The notes under the pieces were generated by a model. That model was not told where the DNA came from. It ran no database searches and saw nothing but the letters and a program-made list of their open reading frames with translations. A DNA stretch of 64,000 bases from Dehalococcoidia bacterium (GTDB lineage: Bacteria > Chloroflexota > Dehalococcoidia > Lucifugimonadales > UBA3495). A program made the translations under genes and the position numbers. The number at the start of each line of letters is the position of its first letter. The stretch's first letter is position 1. Below are positions 45,322 to 54,367 of the stretch, piece after piece. The stretch is from contig CBDEUH010000004.1 in assembly GCA_965243255.1 (NCBI GenBank), positions 580,456-644,455 on the forward strand. Direction: 5' to 3'.

Positions 45322-46239
45322 TCAGGCGTCGGTGAAGTAGTTTTCGTCAATTTCCTTGATTTCATAGACGGTTTTGGTAATAACGCCGACGCCGTACTCA
45401 ATCATCAGCCTGGCCAGCTTCGGGCCATCAATGAGCAGGATGGTTTTGTTGTTGCGGGCGGCGCCATCGGCAGTGCGCTTGGCGGCCTCGCTGAAGCGGG
45501 AAGTCGTGATGAATACGCCCCGGGTTGCGCCGTGTGGGTCAAGGCTACCGGAGAAGTTGCGAATTTCCGGCTCACCAACTTGGGCGGTGTCCCAACGTTT
45601 GGCCTGGACGTACACCTTTTCGAAACCCAGCCGGTCCTGGGTCACGATGCCATCGATGCCGCCATCGCCGCTGCGTCCTACTCTGCGGCCTCGGCCATAA
45701 CCAATCTTGACCAGCAGCTCGACGACCAAGTCCTCAAAGCGTTCGGGCGATACGGCTTTTACGGTTTCCAGCAGTTCGTCAGCCAGTTGAGCCCGCAATT
45801 GCTCATAGGTGACTTCAATCTGCTCGTCGGGCGAAATGTCGCCGGCAGTTGGAATCGTTGCGGCAAAGGACGGCGAATCCTCTGGTGATTCCTGTTCGGC
45901 CACCAACATATTGAGCTGGGCCGGGTCAAGGGCGTCGGGATGATCGTGGAGATACCGGCGGCCTTGTTCGGTGATTTGGTAGTGGCCTCGCTCCGGGCCT
46001 TGGGACGGGGCATCAAGCAATCCGCCGCGTTTCAGCAGGTGCATTGAGTAGCGTGTGTGCTTCTCAACCCGCAGGGCGCCGTGGGGAGTGCGTTCTTGCA
46101 GGTCGTCGTCGCTCAATGAGAGCAATGGTATCAATTCATCGAGGATATCCCGGTAGGATAACCGTGTTTCCACTTGGGCGGTAATTTCCAGAATTGGCCG
46201 CAGGAATGCCCGTTGGGGTGGTAGAGCCATTTTTTGCAA
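45322..46239 (-). CDS. mrr: Mrr-family restriction endonuclease (Mrr_N winged helix + Mrr_cat)
   Basis: FEDLVVELL..GYG, GDGGIDG and VYVQAKRW motifs. Start at 46239 or 46230. Confidence 0.85.
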   Translation of the reverse strand: MQKMALPPQRAFLRPILEITAQVETRLSYRDILDELIPLLSLSDDDLQERTPHGALRVEKHTRYSMHLLKRGGLLDAPSQGPERGHYQITEQGRRYLHDHPDALDPAQLNMLVAEQESPEDSPSFAATIPTAGDISPDEQIEVTYEQLRAQLADELLETVKAVSPERFEDLVVELLVKIGYGRGRRVGRSGDGGIDGIVTQDRLGFEKVYVQAKRWDTAQVGEPEIRNFSGSLDPHGATRGVFITTSRFSEAAKRTADGAARNNKTILLIDGPKLARLMIEYGVGVITKTVYEIKEIDENYFTDA

Positions 46240-46388
46240 CTCGGCGCAGGGATTAACGCGCGCTGAGTGAATAATCTCAGTAGGATTTCCGAGTTAAATC
46301 ATTGCGCACTCAGCCGTCATCTTAGCAAGATGCACAAGGGCTGCCAATAGCAAGAGCAGCCCTTGGAGGATATGGCTGGCCGGCCGGT

Positions 46389-46670
46389 TCAGGCCAGCAA
46401 TTCTCGAAGTTCCGGGTAGCTCCTAAACCGTTCGTCGGCGTCGTTTGGGTCAACCTTGCTTTCCGCCCGCCAGAGCGACATATCCTTTACGTGCCGGACG
46501 ACGATAGCCCGCTGCCGTTCGTTGAGTTCTTCCCATGGTTTCAACCGTCGTCCCAAAGGCTCCGCCTGATCGAGGGCGTCGCAAAGAAACCAGCTCGGGT
46601 CGTTAGAGAGTTTCCAGAGGAGAGATTTTGAGAAATCATCGGGGGATTGCGTACCGACATTGCTGGTCAT
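46389..46670 (-). CDS. hypothetical protein
   Basis: ATG at 46670 with a GGAGG RBS. 93 aa, no family recognised. Same strand as and upstream of mrr. Confidence 0.5.
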   Translation of the reverse strand: MTSNVGTQSPDDFSKSLLWKLSNDPSWFLCDALDQAEPLGRRLKPWEELNERQRAIVVRHVKDMSLWRAESKVDPNDADERFRSYPELRELLA

Positions 46671-46873
46671 AAAAGATGCCTCCTGACGATGTTGGTCCAA
46701 TCCTGAACTTTTGCGAAGTGCGTCCAGGCATTCTCCAACAGCTGGGTGAGTTGCACCTGGAGGCGCTGGGGCTGGATACCGAGCCGCTGCTGGGGCAGTT
46801 GCGGAAGATGCGTTCCAACAGCAACTGGCGGCTTTCGTAAAAGGCGGGTTGGAGGCGGGTAGCCTAGGCCGGG

Positions 46874-46893
46874 GCTAGCGGGTGTTGGCGGCG
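46874..46893 (+). repeat. direct repeat (right), GCTAGCGGGTGTTGGCGGCG
   Basis: Identical to 43853-43872. Encodes the last codons (..AANTR) and the stop of hisD on the minus strand. Confidence 0.95.
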
Positions 46894-48218
46894 ATGTGGT
46901 CGAGGCGCGCCTGGACGGCGCCGGCGTGGCCGGGCAGCCCTTCGGCCTCGGCGATGCGGACGGCGGCGGGGCCCAGGTCGGAAAAGCGCTGGGGGCTCAA
47001 CCCGACGACGGGCATGGTGCGCAGGAAGTGGTGCACGCTAAGTGCGGAGCTGAAACGGGCGGTGCCGCCGGTGGGCATCACGTGGGACGGGCCGGCGATG
47101 TAGTCGCCCATGACTTCCGGGGAAAACTCGCCCAGGAACAGGCCGCCGGCGTTGCGAATCTGGCCGGCCCAGGCCCAGGGGTCGGCGGCCATCAGGCACA
47201 GATGCTCCGGCGCGATGCGATTGGCGACGGTGACGGCTTCGTGAAAATCGTCAACCAGGACGATGCAGCCCTGCCGTTCCAGGGAATGGCGGATGGTGTC
47301 GGCCCGGGGATTCCCGTCGATTTGCACGTCCAGCTCGGACTCAACGGCAGCTACCAGGCCGTCGGAATCAGTAACCAGGATGGCGGAGGCCATGGGGTCG
47401 TGTTCGGCCTGGGCGATGAGGTCGGCGGCGCAGAAAACCGGATTGGCGCTTTCGTCGGCCAATACGATGGTTTCGGTGGGCCCGAAAACGCCGTCGATAT
47501 CCACCTGGCCCTGCACCATGCGCTTGGCGTAGGCGACGAAAACGTTGCCGGGCCCGCAAATCTTGTCCACCTTGCCGATGCTTTGGGTTCCGTAGGCCAG
47601 GGCGCCGATGGCCGGCACGCCGCCGACCTGATACACGGCGTCCACGCCGGCGATGCGCGCGGCGGCCAGCACGGTGGAGTTGAGGGGTTCGCTGCCGCGG
47701 CGTGGGGTCGCCAGGACAACCTCGCTGACGCCGGCGACGCGGGCCGGGACGGCAGTCATCAGCACGGTGGACGGGTAAGCCGCCGTGCCGCCGGGAGCGT
47801 AGAGGCCGACACGCTCCAGGGGCCGCACCAGTTCGCCCAGGCCGCCGCCCAGGTCAACCCAGTCCCGGGGCAGCGTGGCCTCGTGAAACTCGGTGATGCG
47901 TCGGGCGGCCAGCTCCAGCGCCTGTTTGAGGTCGGCCGGCGTTTCGTCCCAGGCTGCGTCCAACTGGGATTGCGGCACTTGCAGGTCGTCAAGCTCGGCC
48001 CCGTCCAGCAGCTTGGCGTAGCGGCGGACGGCGCAGTCGCCCTCGTCGCGAACTTCCCGCAGCATTTGCAGGACGGACGACTCCGGCGTGGCATCGGCGC
48101 CGAACAGGTCGCGGGTGCGCTGCAAAACCGTTTCGGGCAGCGACGACAAGTCGAGGGGGTCGATGCGGGTCAGCGCGGATTCAGCGGCGGCCGCCCCGCG
48201 AACCTTTCTAAGTTGCAC
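46875..48218 (-). CDS. hisD: histidinol dehydrogenase
   Basis: 447 aa, colinear with HisD (YAPGG.A.YPS, QAEHD, ...H). GTG start. Confidence 0.9.
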   Translation of the reverse strand: MQLRKVRGAAAAESALTRIDPLDLSSLPETVLQRTRDLFGADATPESSVLQMLREVRDEGDCAVRRYAKLLDGAELDDLQVPQSQLDAAWDETPADLKQALELAARRITEFHEATLPRDWVDLGGGLGELVRPLERVGLYAPGGTAAYPSTVLMTAVPARVAGVSEVVLATPRRGSEPLNSTVLAAARIAGVDAVYQVGGVPAIGALAYGTQSIGKVDKICGPGNVFVAYAKRMVQGQVDIDGVFGPTETIVLADESANPVFCAADLIAQAEHDPMASAILVTDSDGLVAAVESELDVQIDGNPRADTIRHSLERQGCIVLVDDFHEAVTVANRIAPEHLCLMAADPWAWAGQIRNAGGLFLGEFSPEVMGDYIAGPSHVMPTGGTARFSSALSVHHFLRTMPVVGLSPQRFSDLGPAAVRIAEAEGLPGHAGAVQARLDHIAANTR

Positions 48219-48969
48219 TGAGATACTCCCGGGCCTGGATTATGGATTCATCGATAACCCGTTGGCGGTAGTCATCAATCAATTCGTGAGGAACGCGCTG
48301 GTACACCCGCTCCAGGCTATCGGGCATCTGGGCCAGGAAACCGTCAACAACCTGCTGCACTTCTTCGTTGTCGCGGTACATGCGGTTGAGAGCGCGCTTG
48401 AGGCGTTCCCAAGTGAAATCCCAGCCGAGCAGGCGGGCAACCCAACCGCGCCACTCGTCGATCAGTTCGTCCTGCAGGAACTCCAGGGCCGGCAAGGTGT
48501 CAACGGCGGCAATGGCGTCGTTCTCGGTGGTTAGCCCGCCGTTTTCACTGAGGGCCAGGCGGTCCATATCCAACTGCAGGGCGCGATCCCAGATGTGGGC
48601 CTCCACTTCGGTGTCGGTAACGCGGTTTTCCGGCGTGAAGTAGGGCCGGAACATGGTGGTAATCCACACCTCATCGGCGATGATATGGCTGATGTAGCCC
48701 AACAGGAAGGAACGGGTTTGCGGGGTGAGAGCGTTGTCGGAGCCGGCCAGGTCGGGATACATCTCAAACATACGCTCCACGCCGGCGCCGACGTGGTCAA
48801 CCGTCAAGTCGGAAAAATGAGTACGCCCCCGGTCCCACTTGGTCATGGCCCGGATGTCCGGCGTGGTGGAACCGAGGTAGGCCGCGCCGGGGTGGTCGTG
48901 GAGATACCCCCAATCCAGTTCGGTGGCAACCTGCTGGCAGATGTATATGTGCATGGGGAGGTTAGGCAT
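48208..48969 (-). CDS. zinc-dependent phospholipase C-like family protein embedded in the his operon
   Basis: Inner ATG at 48969 with a GGAGG RBS. The MPNLPMHIY... and GYISHIIADEVW His-rich motifs resemble the Zn-dependent PLC-like superfamily. It overlaps the hisG stop (8 nt) and the hisD start (11 nt). Confidence 0.5.
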   Translation of the reverse strand: MPNLPMHIYICQQVATELDWGYLHDHPGAAYLGSTTPDIRAMTKWDRGRTHFSDLTVDHVGAGVERMFEMYPDLAGSDNALTPQTRSFLLGYISHIIADEVWITTMFRPYFTPENRVTDTEVEAHIWDRALQLDMDRLALSENGGLTTENDAIAAVDTLPALEFLQDELIDEWRGWVARLLGWDFTWERLKRALNRMYRDNEEVQQVVDGFLAQMPDSLERVYQRVPHELIDDYRQRVIDESIIQAREYLSAT

Positions 48970-49981
48970 AATTGGCCGGTCCTCCATTGAGGGCAGCGAC
49001 GCGGTTGAGAAAACAGTTGAAGTGCTGGGACTGCCCCTTGAACAGGTATGACAGCTGGGCAGCGGCGATGTCAACGCCGCCACACTCGCGCAGGTGCGCC
49101 ACGGCGTCCAGCAGCCGGTTCTTGCGTATCAGGAGGGAAACGGCGTACCAGTCCTCCTCCTCGACGCTGAACACGCGGGCCACGGTTGGCCCCTGGATGC
49201 CGGCGATTTCGGGGCGAGCCAGGATCATGGCGCTGACGTCCTCCGCCGAGCGGCCCTGCACGTTGGCGGTGATGCGGTAGTAGGGCTCGGCGCGCAGGTG
49301 GGCCTCCAGCATTTCGGTGAGGGACTGAGCCAGCTCCAGGTCGGCGGGTCGTTTGGCCAGGGTGTGAGGGTTGGCGATGAGGCACGCCTGCGAGGTCAGG
49401 ATGGTGCCGCCGTCCAGGGTCTTCAGCCGATTTTCCCGCAGGGTGGTGCCGGTGGCGGACAGGTCGGCGATGAGGTCGGCATAGCCGGCGATGGGGGCGG
49501 CCTCCAGGGTGCCGCTGGCCGGAACCAGGGTGAAGTAATTGATGCCGCGCTCAAACAGGTAGCGACGCAGCAGCCGGGGGTACTTGGTGGCGATGCGCAG
49601 CTGCCGGCCGCGGGCGTGGAACTCCAGGGCCAGGTCGGCCAGGTCGTCGATGGACGTTACGTCCAGCCAGGAATCGGGCACGGCCAGCACGTAATCGCAG
49701 CCGCCGAACTCCAGGTCGTCCATCACCGAGACCACGGCGTTTTCGTCGTGGCGGTATTCCATCAGGCGGTCCAGGCCGGTGATGCCCATTTCGGCGCTGC
49801 CTTCCTCCACCTTGGTGGTGATGTCGGCGGTGCGCTGGAACAGCACGTCGATGCCGGGCAGGGCGGGTATGGAGCCGGTGTAGCGTCTGGCGTTGGGACG
49901 GCTCACCTTGACGCCGCAGGACGTCAGGAAGCGCATGGTCGGCTCGCCCAGTTCGCCGTCGCTCGGTATTACCAGTCTCAC
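48962..49981 (-). CDS. hisG: ATP phosphoribosyltransferase, long form with C-terminal regulatory domain
   Basis: 339 aa. Has the HisG catalytic core (DLSATGTTLRENRL) plus a ~90-aa C-terminal extension. Confidence 0.85.
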   Translation of the reverse strand: MRLVIPSDGELGEPTMRFLTSCGVKVSRPNARRYTGSIPALPGIDVLFQRTADITTKVEEGSAEMGITGLDRLMEYRHDENAVVSVMDDLEFGGCDYVLAVPDSWLDVTSIDDLADLALEFHARGRQLRIATKYPRLLRRYLFERGINYFTLVPASGTLEAAPIAGYADLIADLSATGTTLRENRLKTLDGGTILTSQACLIANPHTLAKRPADLELAQSLTEMLEAHLRAEPYYRITANVQGRSAEDVSAMILARPEIAGIQGPTVARVFSVEEEDWYAVSLLIRKNRLLDAVAHLRECGGVDIAAAQLSYLFKGQSQHFNCFLNRVAALNGGPANYA

Positions 49982-49997
49982 GTCGCCACCCCAGGAA

Positions 49998-51416
49998 TTA
50001 CACGGCCACGATCCGGGAGTAGTTGGCCGCCGATTCCCGGCCGCTCACGTCCAGGATGGCGACTCCGCCGCGACTGCGTATGTCAGCGGCGGCGCGCAGG
50101 GCGTCGGCATTGGCTCGGCCCTCGCTGGGACTGACCAGCACGGCGTCGGCGTCGGGCAAAGGGATAGTATCAGACGGCATCGCCGACAGCAGGGATTCCA
50201 GCGTATAGGCGAATCCCAGGGCGGGCACGGGGTCGGCTCCGCCGAGAGCGAGGGCCAGGGCGTCGTAGCGACCGCCGCCGCCGAGAACGGCATTGTCGGA
50301 GCCGTGGGTTACGTCGAAGATGATGCCGTTGTAGTAGGCGATGCCACGGGCCAGTGAGAAGTCGATAACCAGCCGGCCGGCGACGGACGTATCCGTGCCT
50401 GCCAGTTCGACCAGCTCTGCCAGTCGGTCAATGGCAGCGCCGTCCGCGCCGGACGCGGACACGATGGCCCGAGCCTGCTGCAGCGCGTCGGCGGGCTGGC
50501 CCCTGACGCCGGCCAGTCTGCCGGCCAAAGCCAGGCCGCGCTCGATGGCATCTGAGGCGTCACCGCCGCGCAGTTTGCGGAGCAGGCGGTCAACTATCTC
50601 GTCGGGGGAACGGCGGCCCAGGGGAGTGTCCGGCGAGCTGTTCCAGCGCATAAAGCCGGACAGCACGGCGCGGGCGGCGTCATCGGGCAGGTCGGCAACC
50701 GCCGCGGCCAAGTCGGTTTCCTCGTTGTGCAATTCCCGGCCCGCGACGATGTGCAGCTCGTCGGCGCGCCGCAGAGTGGCCGCCAGGTTGTCGGCGCTGT
50801 CGCCGATGCGGTTCATGTTGGCGATGATGAAGGCCCGGGCGCGGTCGGAGAGGCCGACGGTGTCCAGCACGCTGTCCAGCACGTCCAGGTCGGCCAGGCG
50901 CAGGCGGTAATCGTCGATGCCCAGCTGGGCGGGAACGTCGGCGGCCAGGGAGAGCAGCTCGGCGTCGGCCAGGATGGTGTTGGAACCGACCAGTTCGGCG
51001 CCGACCTGGGTGAACTGTCCGCTGTGGTCGGCCGGTGGAGGGTGTCCGATGTCGTAGCGGAACACGGGGCCGGCGTACTGCCAGCGCAGCACCGGATTCT
51101 CGGCGGAGTTCGCGGCGATTTCCAGGTAGTGCCGCATGATGGCCGAGGTGAACTCCGGGCGCAGGCTGACGGCGTTGGAGCCGGGGTCGGCGAAGGAGTA
51201 CATCTGGGAGGCCAGGTCGCCGCCGGACTTGCGCAGGAACAGCTCGGTGGACTCGAGCAGGGGCACTTCCAGGGGCCGGTAACCGTAGCGTCCGATGGCG
51301 TCGGAAAGGCGACGTTCCACAGCCTGCTTGCGGCGGCAGGCGTCATTGGACAGGTCGCGCATACCCGGAAGACGGCGCACCGGGCTGGGTGTGCTGGAAA
51401 CGGTGGCGGCAATCAT
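49998..51416 (-). CDS. histidyl-tRNA-synthetase paralog (HisZ-like regulatory subunit, or divergent HisS)
   Basis: Class II aaRS-like (LRPEFT, GGGRYD), but motif 2 is degenerate (FRYDIGHPPPADHSGQFTQ instead of FRYERPQ.GR.R.F). A C-terminal anticodon-domain-like region is retained. Lies directly upstream of hisG. Confidence 0.6.
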   Translation of the reverse strand: MIAATVSSTPSPVRRLPGMRDLSNDACRRKQAVERRLSDAIGRYGYRPLEVPLLESTELFLRKSGGDLASQMYSFADPGSNAVSLRPEFTSAIMRHYLEIAANSAENPVLRWQYAGPVFRYDIGHPPPADHSGQFTQVGAELVGSNTILADAELLSLAADVPAQLGIDDYRLRLADLDVLDSVLDTVGLSDRARAFIIANMNRIGDSADNLAATLRRADELHIVAGRELHNEETDLAAAVADLPDDAARAVLSGFMRWNSSPDTPLGRRSPDEIVDRLLRKLRGGDASDAIERGLALAGRLAGVRGQPADALQQARAIVSASGADGAAIDRLAELVELAGTDTSVAGRLVIDFSLARGIAYYNGIIFDVTHGSDNAVLGGGGRYDALALALGGADPVPALGFAYTLESLLSAMPSDTIPLPDADAVLVSPSEGRANADALRAAADIRSRGGVAILDVSGRESAANYSRIVAV

Positions 51417-51492
51417 CGCCGGCTATTGTACCACCAACGGAGGGAAGGAGCAGTCAGGGAAAACGTGCGTTGAACCGTGCGATTATCGCCAG

Positions 51493-52680
51493 CTACACCT
51501 CTTCTTCGTTGCCCTCTTCAACAAAGTCGTTCACAACAGGGCTGATCTCCTCAACAAATCTCCGCACCTCTTCGGCTATCTTTCCGCCAAAGTCATCATT
51601 GAGTGTGTCGGTTCCGACATGCACTGCGATGCCATTGTCGTAAGGTTCTCGCGCCACGCCCTCAGGGAGACGGTCATACACAGCTTCGTTGCCCAGCCAC
51701 TCATTCAGGCCATCTTGATCATGCAGGAACAACACCCATTCCTGCCATTCACTCGCCCCTTTGGGGTACAGGTTCACTTGGTATGACATACCCCAGTTGC
51801 TCCATGGCGGCGACGAGTACCAGAGATGATAGTACCGCCCTTGCTGGTCAGCATGGCGTCCTGCCCAACGGCTGCTTTTATCAGGTCTAATTTCTTGCGG
51901 CAACTCGTTTATAGCTAAATCTCCCACTCGTCTAAGGAAATAGGTAACTGTGTCGTTACGGTTCCTTGCAAATGAGCGACTCAGTTTCTCACCCAGACTG
52001 CCGCCTCCGCTGGTCCCGTTGTCCTGCGCGTTGTCACCGATTCGTACAACGTAGTTGTCAATGCCAGGCAGGGGAATGATTGTCGACGCTTGCACGTATA
52101 GAATGTCGGTTTTAGAGTCATGATAGGGTGTGAGTTGGACGCACGTTATCAGGTTCTCATCGGGGGCTTTCTCGTTGAGCCAGAGCACGGCGGATGTCAC
52201 CTCTGGGGCGAATCGATGACTGGCCAGTATGATGCGTTGATCGTAATTGAGAGCGTTCAGGTCGTCAGCGCCCATGTGCTGCAACAAACGCTCAGCAGCT
52301 TCCGCCTTCGTAATTTTGCCGTCATATCTGACCAGCATGTCAACAATCTGGTCGGCATCGGCATGGTGCAGATAGCTAGCATATTTGATCGCCTGCCAGT
52401 GGGCATCAGCTCCGGTATCGTCGCGCTTCAACTCAATGACGACTAGTTTGCCGTCTCGTTCCACCGCCAATAGGTCCAACCGCTCGCTAGTGCGGTCAAA
52501 CCCGCTGAATTCCTTGCCGATTATCAGCAGGTCGTCGCCCAAAATTCCAGGGTTATCCGACACCCATTCCTGGATGTCCCTCCGTTCCTGAAATCCCAAC
52601 CTGGAGAAATCCACTTCGGCAATGGCTTCCGACGCCTGGTTTTCGGGGTTGATGCGGAACATTTTGGGTTCGCCGCTCAT
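51493..52680 (-). CDS. NucS/DUF91-like PD-(D/E)xK nuclease-domain protein with extended C-terminal domain
   Basis: RLDLLAV...LVVIELKRD is a D...E-x-K nuclease core. GC is lower than in the flanks. Confidence 0.6.
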   Translation of the reverse strand: MSGEPKMFRINPENQASEAIAEVDFSRLGFQERRDIQEWVSDNPGILGDDLLIIGKEFSGFDRTSERLDLLAVERDGKLVVIELKRDDTGADAHWQAIKYASYLHHADADQIVDMLVRYDGKITKAEAAERLLQHMGADDLNALNYDQRIILASHRFAPEVTSAVLWLNEKAPDENLITCVQLTPYHDSKTDILYVQASTIIPLPGIDNYVVRIGDNAQDNGTSGGGSLGEKLSRSFARNRNDTVTYFLRRVGDLAINELPQEIRPDKSSRWAGRHADQQGRYYHLWYSSPPWSNWGMSYQVNLYPKGASEWQEWVLFLHDQDGLNEWLGNEAVYDRLPEGVAREPYDNGIAVHVGTDTLNDDFGGKIAEEVRRFVEEISPVVNDFVEEGNEEEV

Positions 52681-52703
52681 ATTGGTTGTCCTTTGGGGTG
52701 GCT

Positions 52704-52731
52704 GGATTCCGGATCGAGTCCGGAATGACGG
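52704..52731. repeat. REP-like hairpin (GGATTCCGGA-TCGAG-TCCGGAATGACGG) followed by AATGACGGTGA reiterations
   Basis: Perfect 8-bp stem. Same family as 4038-4066. Confidence 0.7.
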
Positions 52732-52782
52732 TGAATGTGAAGGAATGACGGTGAGAGTAAAAGTCTGACGGTGTGGAGGGGG

Positions 52783-53547
52783 TTACGGGCGCGCGTTCGC
52801 TCCGCCGTCGATGTACACCGGCTGGCCGCTGGGGTAGTCGCAGTGGGGGGAGCAGAGATAGACCAGCATGGCCGCCAGGTCGCGGGGGTGGCCCTTGCGA
52901 CGCATCGGCGTGTAGCGGACGAGCAGCTCCTCCCGTTGCGTTTCCAGGGGGATGTCTTCCGCCGTTGACCAGCCGGAGCCGACGGCGTTGACCCGAATCT
53001 CGCTGCGGCCCCATTCGACGGCCAGGGAGCGAGTCAGGGACAGCACCGCGGCCTGGGTTGCGCTGAACGCCGAACAGTTGTGGATGCCGCGCTCGGCCAG
53101 ATTGGAGATGAGGTTGACGATACGTCCGTACTGCTGCCCCACCATCCGCTGCCCCACCGCTTGGCTGAGCATAAAGGTGGCGCGGACGTTGCGGGCGTGG
53201 AGTTCGTCCCATTCGTCCAGGGTAGTCTCGGCGGCGGGCTTGGCGAAGAAGCTGCGGGTGTCGTTGACTAGGATGTCGGCACGGGGATGTACGGCGTCGA
53301 AGGCAGCAAGCACGGCGTCGGCGCCGGCGGGAGTGTCCCAGCGGCCGGTGTAGCCGTGGGTGTCCTTTCCCGTTACGGCGGTTACGGCACCAAGGATGGC
53401 GTCGGTTGCGTCGGGATGGCGGGCGACGGCGAACACGGTCGCGCCGGCCTCGGCCAGGGCTGCCGCCAGCGCTGCGGTTTCGTCGCCGCCGGCGCTGGCG
53501 ACGATGGCGGTGTGGCCGGTGAGGTCGAATTCTGCGGGCAGGGTCAT
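52783..53547 (-). CDS. SDR family oxidoreductase (atypical cofactor motif)
   Basis: 254 aa, SDR-colinear. The YxxxK region is altered (FSATQAAV). Confidence 0.7.
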   Translation of the reverse strand: MTLPAEFDLTGHTAIVASAGGDETAALAAALAEAGATVFAVARHPDATDAILGAVTAVTGKDTHGYTGRWDTPAGADAVLAAFDAVHPRADILVNDTRSFFAKPAAETTLDEWDELHARNVRATFMLSQAVGQRMVGQQYGRIVNLISNLAERGIHNCSAFSATQAAVLSLTRSLAVEWGRSEIRVNAVGSGWSTAEDIPLETQREELLVRYTPMRRKGHPRDLAAMLVYLCSPHCDYPSGQPVYIDGGANARP

Positions 53548-53557
53548 TGGTGTTTGC

Positions 53558-54367
53558 CTACGGTTCCAATGGGGCGACGGGAGCGTGGCCGGTGGGGGCG
53601 ATGCCGGCGGCCAGTCCGGCGCCGTCCAGGATGAACATCTCGCCGGTCATGTAGTCGGAGGCATCCGAGGACAGGAACACGGCGACGGGGCCCAGGTCCT
53701 CCGGTTTGCCCAGCTTGCCGGTGGGCAGGAAGTCGCCCGATTGCGGCAGGGTGCGGTTGATTTCGGCGCCCGGGTCGATGGTGGGAATGAAGCCGGGGAC
53801 GATGCTGTTGGCGGTGATGCCGTAACGGGCCAGGCTGAAGGAAAGGACGCGGGTGAGCTGGATGACGCCGCCCTTTGAGGTGCAGTACATATAGATGTCG
53901 CGGCCACCGCGCAGTCCGAAGCCGGAGGCGACGTTGATGATTTTGCCCTTGCCGGCGTCGGCCATGGGCTTGGCGGCAGCGCGGGCGCAGTAGAAAGCCC
54001 CGTCCAGGTTGACGGACATGGCGGTATGCCAATCGTCATCGGTGATTTCCCAGACGGGTTTGAGCACGTTGTCGGCCACCATGGCGGCGTTGTTGATGAG
54101 CACGTCGATGCGCCCGAAGTGGCCCATGGCGGCGTCGATGAGGGCGTTGGCGTCGGCGGATTTGGACACGTCGGTGGGCACGGCGATGGCGTCCTGGCCG
54201 GCGGCGATAACCTCGTCGCGTGCGGCCTCGATGGGGCCGGGCCGGCGTCCGGCGATGGCCAGGTTGGCGCCGGAACGACTCAGGGCGCGTACCATCTCCA
54301 GGCCCAGGCCGGTGCCGCCGCCGGTGATGACGACGACCTTGCCGTCAAGGTAGAGGTTTTCGAGCAT
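53558..54367 (-). CDS. SDR family oxidoreductase (FabG-like)
   Basis: ITGGGTGLG, NNAA and YCTSK motifs. Confidence 0.85.
   Translation of the reverse strand: MLENLYLDGKVVVITGGGTGLGLEMVRALSRSGANLAIAGRRPGPIEAARDEVIAAGQDAIAVPTDVSKSADANALIDAAMGHFGRIDVLINNAAMVADNVLKPVWEITDDDWHTAMSVNLDGAFYCARAAAKPMADAGKGKIINVASGFGLRGGRDIYMYCTSKGGVIQLTRVLSFSLARYGITANSIVPGFIPTIDPGAEINRTLPQSGDFLPTGKLGKPEDLGPVAVFLSSDASDYMTGEMFILDGAGLAAGIAPTGHAPVAPLEP

Larger units (their letters stand above)
43853..46893. mobile_element. 3.0-kb integrase-less accessory islet inserted at the hisD-stop/hisC-start junction
   Basis: Bounded by a perfect 20-bp direct repeat. Deleting one repeat plus the intervening DNA restores a hisD stop, 19-nt spacer with RBS, and hisC ATG. 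The cargo is TA/defence-like. Confidence 0.8.

Noticed and set aside
46676-46840. 54-codon plus-strand ORF (MPPDDVGPILNFCEVRPGILQQLGELHLEALGLDTEPLLGQLRKMRSNSNWRLS) at the right end of the hisD islet.
   Set aside because: It is below the usual size threshold, has no RBS, and its ATG lies 5 nt from the divergent start of 46389..46670. No family resemblance was seen. It could be a gene remnant, but this is unsupported.
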